A DNA stretch of 64,000 bases from Octopus vulgaris (taxonomy: Eukaryota), in assembly GCA_951406725.2 (NCBI GenBank), contig OX597818.1:80724001-80788000 (forward strand). Reading direction: 5' to 3'. The notes beneath the pieces were generated by a model. That model saw only the letters and a program-made list of their open reading frames with translations. It ran no database searches and had not been told where the DNA came from. Position 1 is the first letter of the stretch, and every line of letters begins with the position of its first letter. The position numbers were made by a program, and so were the translations under genes. Of this stretch, positions 40,922 to 54,185 are shown piece by piece.

Positions 40922-41272
40922 CAGACGGACAGACACCAATACTGCTTCACAGCCTGTGTTGGTCTGTCAACGTCCTCGAAATACATCGGTTTGACTAAAA
41001 AGAAACTAATATAAATAAGGACATCCAAGGGGCGGACGTCAGGGATAGGTCGCCCACATAAGTTGGAATTTATCCATTTTGACAGGGATTTTTCAGATTT
41101 GTTTTTCACGATGCCTTTGGAAATGATTGGGGGCATCTTTTTAGACTTAAAAAGCATGAGTATTGAGATCGATATGTTCGACTAAAACTCTCCAAGGCAG
41201 TGCCCGTGCGTCGTTCATAGCCCAACAACTGAAACGATAATATGACTTTGTAACTAAGGCAGCTCACCGCCT

Positions 41273-41942
41273 TAGGCGAGCTGGCAGAAACGTTAGCACG
41301 CTGGGTGAAATGCTTAGTGGTATTTCGTCTGCCGCTACGTTCTGAGTTCAAATTCCGCCGAGGTCGACTTTGCCTTTCATACTTTCGGGGTCGATAAATT
41401 AAGTACCAGTTACGCACTGGGGTCGATGTAATTGACTTAACCCGTTTGTCTGTCCTTGTTTGTCCCCTCTGTGTTTAGCCCCTTGTGGGTAGTAAAGAAA
41501 TAGGTATTTCGTCTGCCGCTACGTTCTGAGTTCCAATTTGGATCTTTTCCTTTAGAATTCTGTCTATCTAAAGGAAAAGATCCTCAATTCCGCCGAGGTC
41601 GACTTTGCCTTTCATCCTTTCGGAGTCGATGAAATTAAGTACCAGTTACGCATTGGAGTCGATCTAATCGACCCAATCCCTTTGTCTGTCTTTGTTTGTC
41701 CCCTCTCTGTTTAGCCCCTTGTGAGCAATAAAGAAATAAGAAACATTAGCACGCCGGACGAAATGCTTAGAGGTATTTCATCTGTCTTTACGATCTGAGT
41801 TCAAATTCTGCCAAGGTCGACTTTGCCTTTCATCCTTTCGAGGTCGATAAATTAAGTACCAGTTGCGTACTGGGGGTCGATGTAATCGATTGGCTCCCTC
41901 CCCCAAAATGTCGGACCTTGTGCCTAGAGTAGAAAAGAATAT
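41273..41942 (+). mobile_element. Trimeric head-to-tail family A SINE nested in a family B remnant
   Basis: Three consecutive cores with low divergence and CpGs retained. Confidence 0.8.
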
Positions 41943-43035
41943 GACTTCGTAACTCACTCTTTCGCGAACACACCAACTTTCGCTTTATTCTCATTGATAT
42001 GTGTGCGCGTGCTCGCGTGTATTCTCAGTCAGTGTCTGTAACTTGTTTCGATAACTCTTCCTCCACTTTCACTTTTCCACTGTCTCTTTCTTTTCGTGTC
42101 CTCTGTCTGTCTGTCTCTCTCTCTCTCTAATTTCTTTTTGATTGACCTCTCTCTCTCTTTCTCTCCCTATCTATCTATCTATTTACCTGTATGTGTGTGT
42201 GTGCAAGTGAGCGAATGTCTCTTTCTCTCGTATTACGATGAAATATGTTGGCCTTTATACATGCGTGCCTATACAAGGTGTATTGATAATGGGAAGTGTG
42301 ATTTATGTATGTATACTGTTGTGTATATGTGTACTTGTATGTGCGTGATGCCTCTAAATGCTAGTTAGGGTATATAACTATATATAAACACGTGTATATG
42401 TGTTTGTACTTTAAATGATTTCCAGTTGATCACATTCCGATCTCACTACATATCCCCTGTCTGGTACTTGTTTTATCGATCTCTATTTTATCGCGTGGCT
42501 AAGTCACTTTTTGACACAAGCATCACCAAAGGTTTTATTTCAAACCTGCAGTGTCGTATCAAACACAACACAGACACATAAATACATATACAAACACACA
42601 CACACACAGACACACACATGACTTTATGCTCGCTTTTTCTTGAGAAGACGAACATCTTATGGTCTCTTCGACATCAACGACACTAGATCTCTCCCTCTCT
42701 CTCCGCCTTTTCTTCTCTCTTTCTCTCCGACTCTCTCCCTCTTCTCTGTCTTTATTCCTACCTCTTTTTCTACACCTTCCTCTCTTTCTTCTCCTTCCTC
42801 TCGATGTTTCGTCTTCTTTGTGACTTGCCAATACTGTTTACCCAAAACGAAGCCTGATGCAAGCTAGATTACTGTCTATGAATGACTATATGCAAGATTG
42901 TATGTCACAACATTTCATACCATGAGAAAAATTTGGCCAGACATGTTTCCACAGAACATTGGAAATGAATGACATTGTTTGTGTGACAGTGACTCTCATT
43001 TACAACCATTGAAGTATCAAGGCAAGGAGGCACAT

Positions 43036-43082
<47 letters not shown>

Positions 43083-43244
43083 ATTCTGAACCTAGAAACA
43101 AAACAAACATCATCTACAGCAATCATGTGATGTCAATACGAGGTTACATACATACATAAGCAAACCCATACATACATACATACATACATACATACATACA
43201 TACATACATACATACATACATACATACATACATACATACATACA

Positions 43245-43672
43245 TACACTGAACTATTGAGAAATCTGCTGTTACTCTATCCAGGTTACAAGTTCAGGTT
43301 TATACCTGTAATTACTGAGACACTGAATATGTGACACTGCCTAAATACCAATCTTGAGAAATTAGGTTTCTCAAAACCAGAAAGGAGAAAGCTGATCTGA
43401 AGACTACAGATCAAAGCAATCACTGGAACTGTAAAAATCTGTAAAACTTTCCAGAAATTTATCATTTGAGTATATATGAGCATGTCTAGACATGTAACTA
43501 TATGCATGAGAATACATACATAAAACAAAACATACACATCTGCACATCTACATACATACAAAAAATATCCTGTTGATGTTGAAATTCCAATGAAGGAGCC
43601 TTGGATCTAGGTTAGATACCACCTCTTTTTCTATTGGCAAGCAATTTTGAAATAAAACTGAATAATAATAAT
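43245..43672 (+). mobile_element. 3' end of a second R4/NeSL-like (RLE) LINE with 3'UTR
   Basis: [23 protein letters not shown]...LEKLGFSKPERRKLI*RLQIKAITGTVKICKTF, then UTR and an AATAATAATA tail. The 5' junction is in (TACA)n. Confidence 0.68.
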
Positions 43673-43965
43673 ATATATACTATAGGCTTCTTGCAGTTCC
43701 ATCTGATTCATGGAGGGATGGAAAAGTAGATGCTAAATGAAATGTGTATGTGTGTGTATATATATATAGACTAGTTACAGGATTAACTAGAATTTAGGCA
43801 CATCAACAAGACTGAGTAGGTACCATAATATTGAGTCCACAGTAAGGTAAAACAACCATGAGGTATCATTTGTTGGTATTATACTGTGGGCATGCATGTA
43901 TATAGGTACCAAATCCAATATAAATCATAGATCCAACTCAGGATTGGTTCCAAGTGTAGCATAGG

Positions 43966-44318
43966 TATAAAAAAGAACACAAATAGGGTATAAAATTTAC
44001 TGCAGCTGTTTCGATAGCATTTTATTGATGCATTCAAAGATTACATCACAACATAAAGCCACCATCTTCAAATAAAATTTTAAACATTTAAACAAGCCAG
44101 ACAAAACCTAGATGACCAGTTCACCAACCAGCATGATAAATAATTTATGATATTAGTTGGTGAATAGGTCATCTGCTAGGTTTTACCTTGCCTGTTAGTA
44201 CATGTTTAAAATTTTGTCTGAGGATGTAATTTATGCTAGGATGTAATTATGAATGCATCAATAAAATATCACTGAAACAGCTGTAATAAGTTTAAAACCT
44301 CATTTCTGTTCGTTTATA
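43966..44318. repeat. ~350 bp imperfect palindrome, each arm carrying a hammerhead-like motif (Penelope-like inverted ends)
   Basis: Arms are reverse complements about a centre near 44141. Right arm: TTGT-CTGAGGA...GAAAC-AGCT-GTA-ATAA (44214-44289). Left arm on the minus strand: TTTAT-TTGAAGA...GAAAC-AGCT-GCA-GTAAA. Confidence 0.7.
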
Positions 44319-45652
44319 TGTATATATACCATCATCATTGTCATTTAACGTCTGTTTTCCACACTGGCATGGGTTGGATGGATTGACAGGAGTCAAGCAG
44401 CTAAAGGGTTGTTCAGGCTCCATGTCTGTTCTGGCATGGTTTCTACAGCTGGATGCCCTTTATAATGCCAACTACTTTACAGAGTATACTGAGTGCTTTT
44501 GTGCAACACCAGCATGGGTGCTTTTTATGTGGCACCAGCACCTTTGAGCCCATGAGATTAGGAATGCTGAGCTGGAATGGGTGGCAGGGGGGCGAGCCTT
44601 TGTTGTCTGTTCATCTGCTCAGCATCTAGGGATATTTGCCATTGACTCAATAAATTCATTTGCTGAAATACACACACACATAACTTTATGATATGCATAT
44701 GTATACATACACATGCTTAAATGCATACATCCATATGTATGTATGTATGTATGTGTGTGTGTATAAATATGATAGGGTGCAGTTTGAAGGGCTTAGAAAC
44801 TTTACACATCTGAACTAAATACAGTTTTGATATGACTTCAAACTGCATTCAGTTGTGGGGCTCAGGTTCATGAGTTCCAGAGTTTCTAAAAAGTATAGAA
44901 CCATCTCTTAACCACTATTGTCCCCAGTTCTACTCTGTCAGGGACCCAACAATTGGTTAATTAGCATAGTTGGGCTTGCTTCCCAGTGGATGTGAAGATA
45001 GGATTGAGCAGGACTCTGCAGAAGAAACCTTCATGGTTTAAATGAGGGGAAGGTGGCTGCTTCAACACATCCTGGAGTGCAAAGAGTAGGGTGAAGTAAA
45101 CAAAACATCTTGGTTATCCATTGCTGCTGTTGTCTCCATTCCAAGTCATTGAGGTCTGGCCTTGCCTCTGGTTTAAAGAGGGTCACAGATGAAAGGGTGA
45201 GGTTGATGAGGTGCAAATCATCTACTTCATAATTAAAGTCACCACACAAGACATCAAGATGATTAAGAAGATCCTCATCATTTCTGCCTGCTTACCGCCT
45301 TAGGTGAGCTAGCAGAAACGTTAGCACGCCAGGCAAAATGCTTAGCAGTATTTCATCTGCCGTTATGTTCCGAGTTCAAATTCCGCCGAGGTCAACTTTA
45401 CCTTTCATCCTTTTGGGGTCAATAAATTAAGTACCAGTTACGCACTGGGGTCGATGTAATCGACTTAATCCGTTTGTCTGTCCTTGTTTGTTCCCTCTGT
45501 GTTTAGCCCCTTCTGGGTAGTAAAGAAATAGGTATTTCGTCTGCCGTTACATTCTGAGTTCAAATTCCGCCGAGGTCGACTTTACCTTTCATCCTTTTGG
45601 GGGTCGATAAATTAAGTACCAGTTCTGCACTGAGGTCGATGTAATTGACTTA

Positions 45653-45958
45653 ATGGAGGCACATAGCCTAGTGGAGAGTGCAGTGGATTCGCAGTATAGA
45701 GATCGCGGGTTCGAATCTCAAACCGGGTGATGTGTGTGTTTATGAGTGAAACACCCAAGCTCCATGATGCTCCAGCAGAAGGTAATTGCGAACTTCTGCT
45801 GACTTTTTCGCCACAACTTTCTCTCACTCTTTCCTCCTGCATCTTGCAGCTCACCTGCGACGGACCGGCGTCCCATCCAGGTGGGGAACCTATATGCCAA
45901 GGAAACCGGGAAACCGGCCCATTATGAGTCGGGCATGGCTTGAGAAGGAACAAACAAC
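45653..45958 (+). mobile_element. Family C-like SINE nested in a dimeric family A SINE (45303-46033)
   Basis: tRNA head with GGTTCGAATC B box, (AAC)n tail, 10-bp TSD AATTGACTTA (45643-45652 / 45959-45968). Confidence 0.8.
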
Positions 45959-46249
45959 AATTGACTTAGTCCCTTTGTCTGTCTTTGTTTGTCCCCTCTA
46001 TGTTTAGCCCCTTGTGGGCAATAAAGAAATAAGAAGGTCCCCATCGTTCCAACTGACGAACATGTGGACTAAATACAGTTACATGTACTTACCCACTCTA
46101 TGCACATAGGTTTGTGCATCATTCATTCATACTTTATACACACTTACACACAAGCACATACTGCACACATGCACATATACATGTGTTCACATAGATTCAT
46201 ACTTTACATCTTCATACATCATACTCATGCATACACATATGTATATACC

Positions 46250-46283
<34 letters not shown>

Positions 46284-46979
46284 AATCATGCAGTCTGTCA
46301 GACCACACATAGACATAATTCAAACAGAAAAGATAAATGCACACACACACACACATAAAAGCATATACACACATGTGCGTGTGTGTATATACAAGTCGCA
46401 GCACTAGCTTCATCAAATTCTAGTTTTCTTACAAACCACATACACAACATTTACACACACTCACACTCAGCACACACACAAATCACGTCACTACTTTCTT
46501 CACATTCTAGCTTTCAAACCACATACACACATACTGCACACAGACACTGCACTCATGCATAACACACACACAAACACACACGGCATCTCCCTCCCCATAC
46601 GCACACACATGTAGATTACCTGGGGACATGACCTTCCATTTGTAGCCAGAAAACTGCACTTTTTACGCTTATTTTATAACACGATTTGACAACCAAACTC
46701 ACTCTCTCTACCCCCTCTCTCACTTTCCTTTGCTCTACTGTCTTTCTTTCTCTCTCTCTTTTATCTATAACGTGTACGTACCAGTCTTCAGTTCAGTCTA
46801 TTTATCTCCCACTCTCTAACAAATCTTCTTATCTGTATAGCTATATGCCTGTATATTGATTTGTCTGTCTGTTTTTGTATGTCTGTCTATCTCTGTCTAT
46901 CTGCCGATGTCTCTGTGTGTCTGTCTGTCTCGCTGTCTATCCATGTCTGTCTGCCTCTCCCTCTCTGTTTATCTATCTG

Positions 46980-47046
<67 letters not shown>

Positions 47047-47481
47047 GTCTGTTCATGTATCTCAGATTATGTGTTATTTTAAAGATTTTGTCTGGAGAAA
47101 TGCACGTAGTTTATATTGAAAGATATATTATTTATATTATTATATGAATTCATTTATATTCATACTGATATTTATATTCATGGCATGTATTTCCTGTGTT
47201 GTGTAGAAACGACTGTAATTAAAGAATGTGGTATATGCATGCATATATGTGTGTATGTACACACATACACACACACACATGCGCGCGCGCGCACACACAG
47301 TCCACTCTGCTCGTTGGTTGGTTGGTTGGTGTGAGGAAAGGCATCCAGCTGTAAAAATCCTGCCAAAACAGTCACAGAAGTTTGGTGCAGGCTTCTGTCT
47401 GACCGGCTCCTGTCAAACCATCCCACCCATGCCAGCACAGAAGCCGGATGTTTAATGATGATGTTGATGATGATGATAGTG

Positions 47482-47524
<43 letters not shown>

Positions 47525-47594
47525 GTATGTATATATAAATCTTTAAAAATGTTTCAGCCCAAGGGCTGCGGCCATGCTGGAGCACCACCGCTGA

Positions 47595-48469
47595 ATATAT
47601 ATATATATATATATATTTATGTATATATGTATGTATGTATGTATGTATATATATATATGTATGTATGTATATGTATGTATGTATGTATGTATATATATAT
47701 GTATATATATATATATATGTATATATGTATATGTATGTATATGTATATATGTATGTATATATATGTATATATGTATGTATATATATGTATATATGTATGT
47801 ATATATATGTATATATGTATGTATATATATGCATATATGTATGTATATATATGCATATATGTATGTATATATATGCATATATATATGTATGTATGTATAT
47901 ATGTATGTATATATGTATGTATATATGTATATATATGTATATATATGTATATATGTATATATGTATGTGCATATATATGTATATATGTATGTGCATATAT
48001 ATGTATATATGTATGTGCATATATATGTATATATGTATGTGCATATATATGTATATATGTGCATATATATGTATATATGTATGTGCATATATATGTATAT
48101 ATGTATGTGTATATATATATGTTTATATGTATGTGTATATATATATATGTTTATATGTATGTGCATATATATGTATATGTATATATGTATGTGTATATAT
48201 ATATATGTATATATGTTTATATGTATGTGTATATATATGTATATATGTTTATATGTATGTGTATATATATGTATATATGTTTATATGTATGTGTATATAT
48301 ATGTATATATATGTTTATATGTATGTGTATATATATATGTATATATATGTTTATATGTATGTGTATATATATATGTATATATGTATTTGTATATATATAT
48401 GTATATATGTATGTGTATATATATATATGTATATATGTATGTGTATATACATATTTGTATATATATATG
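47595..48469. repeat. ~870 bp compound (TA/TATG)n microsatellite
   Basis: Visible directly; source of the long Y/I/M/C/V ORFs. Confidence 0.95.
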
Positions 48470-51440
48470 TAACCTGGGACGAGGTGGTGAAGCACGACCT
48501 TCGAACTTTAGGTCTCACTAAGGAAATGTCTAGAGACCGAGACCTATGGAAGTATGCTGTGCGTGAGAAGACCCGGCAAGACAAGACTAGTCAGGCCATA
48601 ACACATGGCCCCTACCTGGGACGTAGTCAGTCCTCCTGTGCATAGCTTCCTTCTTGAGACACTTATGAAGACCTGTTGAGGCAAGTGAAAATCAAATCAA
48701 AACAAATCAAAATAGATGAACATCAGTGGAATTGTATTCTTTGTGGTACCAGTGCCGGTGGCACACAAGAAAACCACCCAAACGTGGCCGTAGCCAGTAC
48801 CGCATCGACTGGCCTCCGTGCTGTGGGCACAACAAACACCATCCGATCGTGGCCGTTCGCCAGCCTCACCTGGCACCTGTGTCGGTGGCACATAAAGACA
48901 CCATCCGAAGACCCGGCGACGTAGTCAGTCCACCTGTGCATACCTTCCCTCTTATGACACTTGTGAAGACCTGTTGAGGCAAGTGAAAATCAAACCAAAT
49001 CAAAATAGATGAACATCAATGGAATTTGTATCTTTGTGGTTCCAGTACCGGTGGCACACAAGAAAACCATCCGAACGTGGCCGTAGCCAGTACCGCATCG
49101 ACTGGCCCCCGTGCTGTGGGCACAACAAACACCATCTGATCGTGGCCGTTCGCCAGCCTCATCTGGCACCTGTGTCGGTGGCACATAAAAACACCATCCG
49201 AAGACCCGGCGACGTAGTCAGTTCACCTGTGCATACCTTCCCTCTTATGACACTTGTGAAGACCTGTTGAGGCAAGTGTGTGACACTTGTGAAGACCTGT
49301 TGAGGCAGAGGCAAGTGTGTGACACTTTGTGAAGACCTGCTGAGGCAGAGGCAAGGGTGTGACACTTGTGGAGACCTGTTGAGGCAAAAAACACCATCCG
49401 AAGACCCGGCGACGTAGTCAGTTCACCTGTGCATACCTTCCCTCTTATGACACTTGTGAAGACCTGTTGAGGCAAGTGTGTGACACTTGTGAAGACCTGT
49501 TGAGGCAGAGGCAAGTGTGCGACACTTTGTGAAGACCTGTTGAGGCAGAGGCAAGGGTGTGACACTTGTGAAGACCTGTTGAGGCAGAGGCAAGGGTGTG
49601 ACACTTGTGAAGACCTGTTGAGGCAAGTGAAAATCAAATCAAACCAAATCAAAATAGATGAACATCAATGGAATTTGTATCTTTGTGGTTCCAGTACCGG
49701 TGGCACACAAGAAAACCATCCGATCGTGGCCGTTCGCCAGCCTCATCTGGCACCTGTGTCGGTGGCACATAAAAACACCATCCGAAGTCCCGGCGACGTA
49801 GTCAGTCCACCTGTGCATACCTCCCTACTTATGACACTTGTGAAGACCTGTTGAGGCAAGTGTGTGACACTTGTATAGACCTGTTGAGGCAAGTGAAAAT
49901 CAAAATCAAATCAAATCAAATCAAATCAAATCATACCAAATCAAAATAGATGAACATCAATGGAATTTGTATCTTTGTGGTACCAGTACCGGTGGCACAC
50001 AAGAAAACCATCCGAACGTGGCCGTAGCCAGTACCGCATCGACTGGCCTCTGTGATGATGTGGGCACATAACAAACACCATCCGATCGTGGCCGTCCGCC
50101 AGCCTCATCTGGCACCTGTGTCGGTGGCACATAAAAACACCAACCGAAGACCCGGCAAGACTAGTCAGGCCATAACCCGTGGCCCCTACTTGGGACGTAG
50201 TCAGTCCACCTGTGCATACCTTCCTTCCTTCTTGTGACACTTGTGAAGACCTGTTGAGGCAAGTGAAAATCAAATCAAATCAAGTCAAAATAGATGTACA
50301 TCAATGGAATTTGTGTCTTTGTGGTACCAGGCCGGTGGCACACAGGAGAACCATCCGAACGTGGCCGTGGCCAGTGCCGCATCGACTGGCCTCCGTGCTG
50401 TGGGCACGCAACAAACACCATCCGATCGTGGACGTTTGCCAGCCTCATCTGGCACCTGTGTCGGTGGCACATAAAAACACCAACCGAAGACCCGGCAAGA
50501 CTAGTCAGGCCATAACCCGTGGCCCCTACTTGGGACGTAGTCAGTCCACCTGTGCATACCTTCCTTCCTTCTTGTGACACTTGTGAAGACCTGTTGAGGC
50601 AAGTGAAAATCAAATCAAATCAAGTCAAAATAGATGTACATCAATGGAATTTGTGTCTTTGTGGTACCAGGGCCGGTGGCACACAGGAAAACCATCCGAA
50701 CGTGGCCGTGGCCAGTGCCGCATCGACTGGCCTCCGTGCTGTGGGCACGCAACAAACACCATCCGATCGTGGACGTTTGCCAGCCTCATCTGGCACCTGT
50801 GTCGGTGGCACATAAAAACACCATCCGAAGACCCGGCAAGACTAGTCAGGCCATAACCCGTGGCCCCTGCCTGGGACGTTGTCAGTCCACCTGTGCATAC
50901 CTTCCTTCTTGTGACAATTGTGAAGACCTGTTGAGGCAAGTGAAAATCAAATCAAAATAGATGAACATCAATGGAATTTGTATCTTTGTGGTACCAGCGC
51001 CGGTGGCACACAAGAAAATCATCCGAACGTGGCCGTAGCCAGTACCGCATAGACTGGCCTCCGTGCTTTGGGGACGTAACAAACACCATCCGATCGTGGC
51101 CGTCCGCCAGCCTCATCTGGCACCTGTGTCGGTGGCACATAAAAACACCATCCGAGCGTGGCCGTTCGCCAGCCTCGACTGGCACCTGTGTCGGTGGCAC
51201 ATAAAAACACCATCCGAGCGTGGCCGTTCGCCAGCCTCGACTGGCACCTGTGTCGGTGGCACATAAAATCACCCACTACACTCTCGGAGTGGTTGGCGTT
51301 AGGAAGGGCATCCAGCTGTAGAAACACTGCCAGATCTGACTGGCCTGGTGCAGCCTTCGGGCTCCCCAGACCCCAGTTGAACCGTCCAACCCATGCTAGC
51401 ATGGAAAACGGACGCTAAATGATGATGATGATGATGATGA
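48470..51440 (+). mobile_element. RTE LINE 3' end whose 3'UTR is expanded into a complex tandem array; (GAT)n tail
   Basis: Starts with [36 protein letters not shown]. Roughly seven ~240-360 bp units follow, with nested 33/39 bp and ~61 bp subrepeats, ending ...gctagcatggaaaacggacgctaaat(gat)n. Confidence 0.82.
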
Positions 51441-51528
51441 TATGTATGTGTATATACATATTTGTATATATATATGTATATATGTATGTGTATATACATA
51501 TTTGTATATATATATGTATGTATATATG

Positions 51529-51563
<35 letters not shown>

Positions 51564-51669
51564 TATTTATCATCATCATAATCAACAAGATCTGTGTCCT
51601 CTTTCCTTGCTGGCATAGGTTGGGTCACCACCACAATCTTAGTTTGCACATATTTGCACAATTTTAGTT

Positions 51670-52520
51670 TGCACATCTAGAAGGGTCAGAGGAGTGCATC
51701 CCACATGTGTGTCTCATACTGGACAGCATCACTCCAGCTTCTCTGGCATACATTCTATGTTTGCAGTTTCTAAGTATTGTTTCCTCTCAATGAGTCAATC
51801 TAGCTCTTCTTCAAAAGTCACAAACTGCTAGGCTGTGTTGAATAGTATCCACGTCACCAGGGAAGGTCTTAGGAGTTCATAATCACCTATCTATAACTTT
51901 CCTGGTGAGTAAGAAGTCTGTTTGGCTTCTATTTCATGTAATTAGGAAGCAGTTATCTTGCTTCCTGATGTTGGTGTCCAAATAGGTTATTTGCATGATA
52001 AGAGCCAAAGAGCCTTGATTTTTCATCATTCTGTGTACCATGGCCATATCCTCCGTAGTGATGCTGTCCAATACAATTGTTAAAATAATCAAACAGATAA
52101 TGTGACCACTGTGGTTTGCTTCTGATGAGTCTACAGAAATATTTCAAAGATGCAGTCTTTTGCTCATCTGCCGGTCTTGAGTGACGTTTATGAGCTAAGG
52201 TAGATGTCATTGTTGTATTGCCCAAGACTAGCTAGACCAAGCTTAATAACCTATTGCATGTTCAAACCACATTGATTACCTCATCTATCCATTTCTTTGC
52301 TAACAATATGCCAGCTCCACCTACCCTATCTCTCTGACCTATCCAGAAGAATTTGTACTTTCGTTCTTTGCTTGTGAGAAATCTAGTTGAGGATCCCTTC
52401 CATCTCACTTCTTGAACACATCATTCATCAAGTCTCCTTCGTTCCAGCATCTTCACAATCTCTCCTGACCTACCTTTCATCGTACCAGTGTTAATTCTGA
52501 CTGTCCTTAAGTTTATGTCC
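51670..52520 (-). mobile_element. RTE-clade LINE fragment (AP endonuclease domain)
   Basis: Remnants NTGTMKGRSGEIVKMLERRRLD..CVQEVRWKG, HYGGYGHGTQNDEKSRL and KTFPG..QH.L.VCDF. Confidence 0.75.
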
Positions 52521-52855
52521 TGAAAAAGAGGTGGGTGAGGGTCTTTCTGAAGTGGGTTTCTCTGGTTGATTGTAGTTTTCTGTACTTAATCAGAGGGCTG
52601 TCACACATGGTTAGAACATCTACATTATGTTACTGTGGTTGAACCTTGCACTATATTAAATCATCAATAACAAATTGAACTCTCAAAGAGAACCAACAGG
52701 AGCAACCTTATTACAGAAGTTACATGATGAATTGATATTTAGAAGAAACATTACCCTGAGAATTAGATGTGATGAGCTTGAAAAACCACCACTTCATCTA
52801 CTCCCCACAAAAGTAATAAAATAAAACACTCTTAAAACTTCTCCTTTTTTTTCAG

Positions 52856-53144
52856 TCAACTCACAAGCAGTGGCACCAGATCAACAAGATGTGGTTTCTC
52901 TTCCAGAGAGCAGTACAGGAGCACTGACAGCAACCAGATACATGTTGTCTTATTGCAAACATCACATTAAAACGCTACAACTCAATGGCAGCCTAATTTT
53001 AGAGCTCAGCAACAATGTGCTTGGTTCACGCCGGGATGTTAGCTATGAACACTGTGAACTAAAGGTTCGTGTGGAGTCCTCAAAACATATTTTACTCCAG
53101 TTCTTCAGACTTCAAATAGCTGATACACATGGAACACCAGACAG
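52856..53144 (+). CDS. Coding exon 2: N-terminal half of CUB-like domain
   Basis: Acceptor ctccttttttttcag, donor AG|GTGAGA. Open frame ...YMLSYCKHH...LILEL...EHCELKVRVESSKHILLQFFRLQI...PDR matches the CUB pattern (C...C-x-hydrophobic...I.L.F..L.I). Phase 2 matches the next exon. Confidence 0.88.
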
Positions 53145-53839
53145 GTGAGATTTTTTATTTACTTTATTTTATTTTATAATTTTTGTTTGCTTCTTTTTTG
53201 CGACTTTTTACTTTTTTACTTGTTTCAGTCATTAGACTACGACCATGCTGTGGCACTTCTTTGAAGGGTTCACTCAAACAAATTTATCCAGTGCTGTTTT
53301 TTTTTTAAGCCAGGTGCTTTGTCTTTTGATCCCTTTTGTGAAACTATTAGTTTGGTGATGTAAATAAATCAACATCTGTTGTCAAGTAGTGGTGAGGGAT
53401 AAACACAAAGACACACACACACATGTATGATGGGCTTCTTTCTGTTTCCATCTATTAAATCCACTCACAAGGCTTTGGTTAACCCAGGAAGTTTTTAGCT
53501 TTCAATAAAATTTCCAACCACTGTGCATGTAATTAGTAATTCTGTTATTGTTCCTTTGGTTAATATAGTGAAGGCTATACTTCATCAATGAGGTCATAAT
53601 AAGACTGAAATATGCCCACTGTTATCTCCCATATTCATTGAATTAATATATTATTAGTCATTTGAAGGTAGTGAATAACCTGAACTGTTAGCACATTGGA
53701 CAAAATGTTCAGTGAAATTTCTTCCAGCTGTTTATGTTCTGAGTTCAAAATCCACAATGGTTGACTTTGCTGTTCATTCTTTCAGGGTCAGTAAAATAAA
53801 GTACCAGTTGAGCACTTGGAGATTAATTTAATAAATTTA

Positions 53840-53876
<37 letters not shown>

Positions 53877-53884
<8 letters not shown>

Positions 53885-54185
53885 AAATCCGTTCTGTCTG
53901 TCTGTATGTGTGTCTTCTAGGATCTCGGGCATCCTCCATCCAATTTCACTCAAATTTGATATATAAATACCGACGGTATCAGAGTGTGTATAAGTCTTGA
54001 AAAAATGACAAAAATTGATTCCAGGTGAGAATGCAATCGATAAAGCCGTGGGAACGTGCGTTTGTATGCACAAGTACATCAGCTGCTGTGATTGATACTA
54101 TGCGTTGTGTGAATAAAATCGTTTTTCTTTGGAATAGAAAGAAGTTTATCTTTATTTCTTCTTTTGCTGGTGTCTCAAATTTAGG
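53877..54185 (+). mobile_element. Probable Helitron-like 5' fragment
   Basis: tattatataaaatccgttctgtctgtctg...ccaatttcactcaaattt resembles the 5' part of the 62093-62548 element; no CTAG/hairpin end seen. Confidence 0.4.

Noticed and set aside
43575-43625. Possible hammerhead (CCAATGAAG...GATACC) in the RLE-LINE 3'UTR
   Set aside because: Both boxes are mutated and no stems could be drawn.
47178-48645. Long ORFs of 200-336 aa
   Set aside because: Translations of (TA/TATG)n microsatellite; only the last ~40 codons are RTE-derived.
49245-49630. CRISPR-like array of 33-39 bp palindromic repeats
   Set aside because: No unique spacers, no cas genes, eukaryotic context; it is a subrepeat of an RTE 3'UTR.
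48676-51418. Many overlapping ORFs in the tandem array
   Set aside because: Frames are not maintained between units; non-coding repeat.
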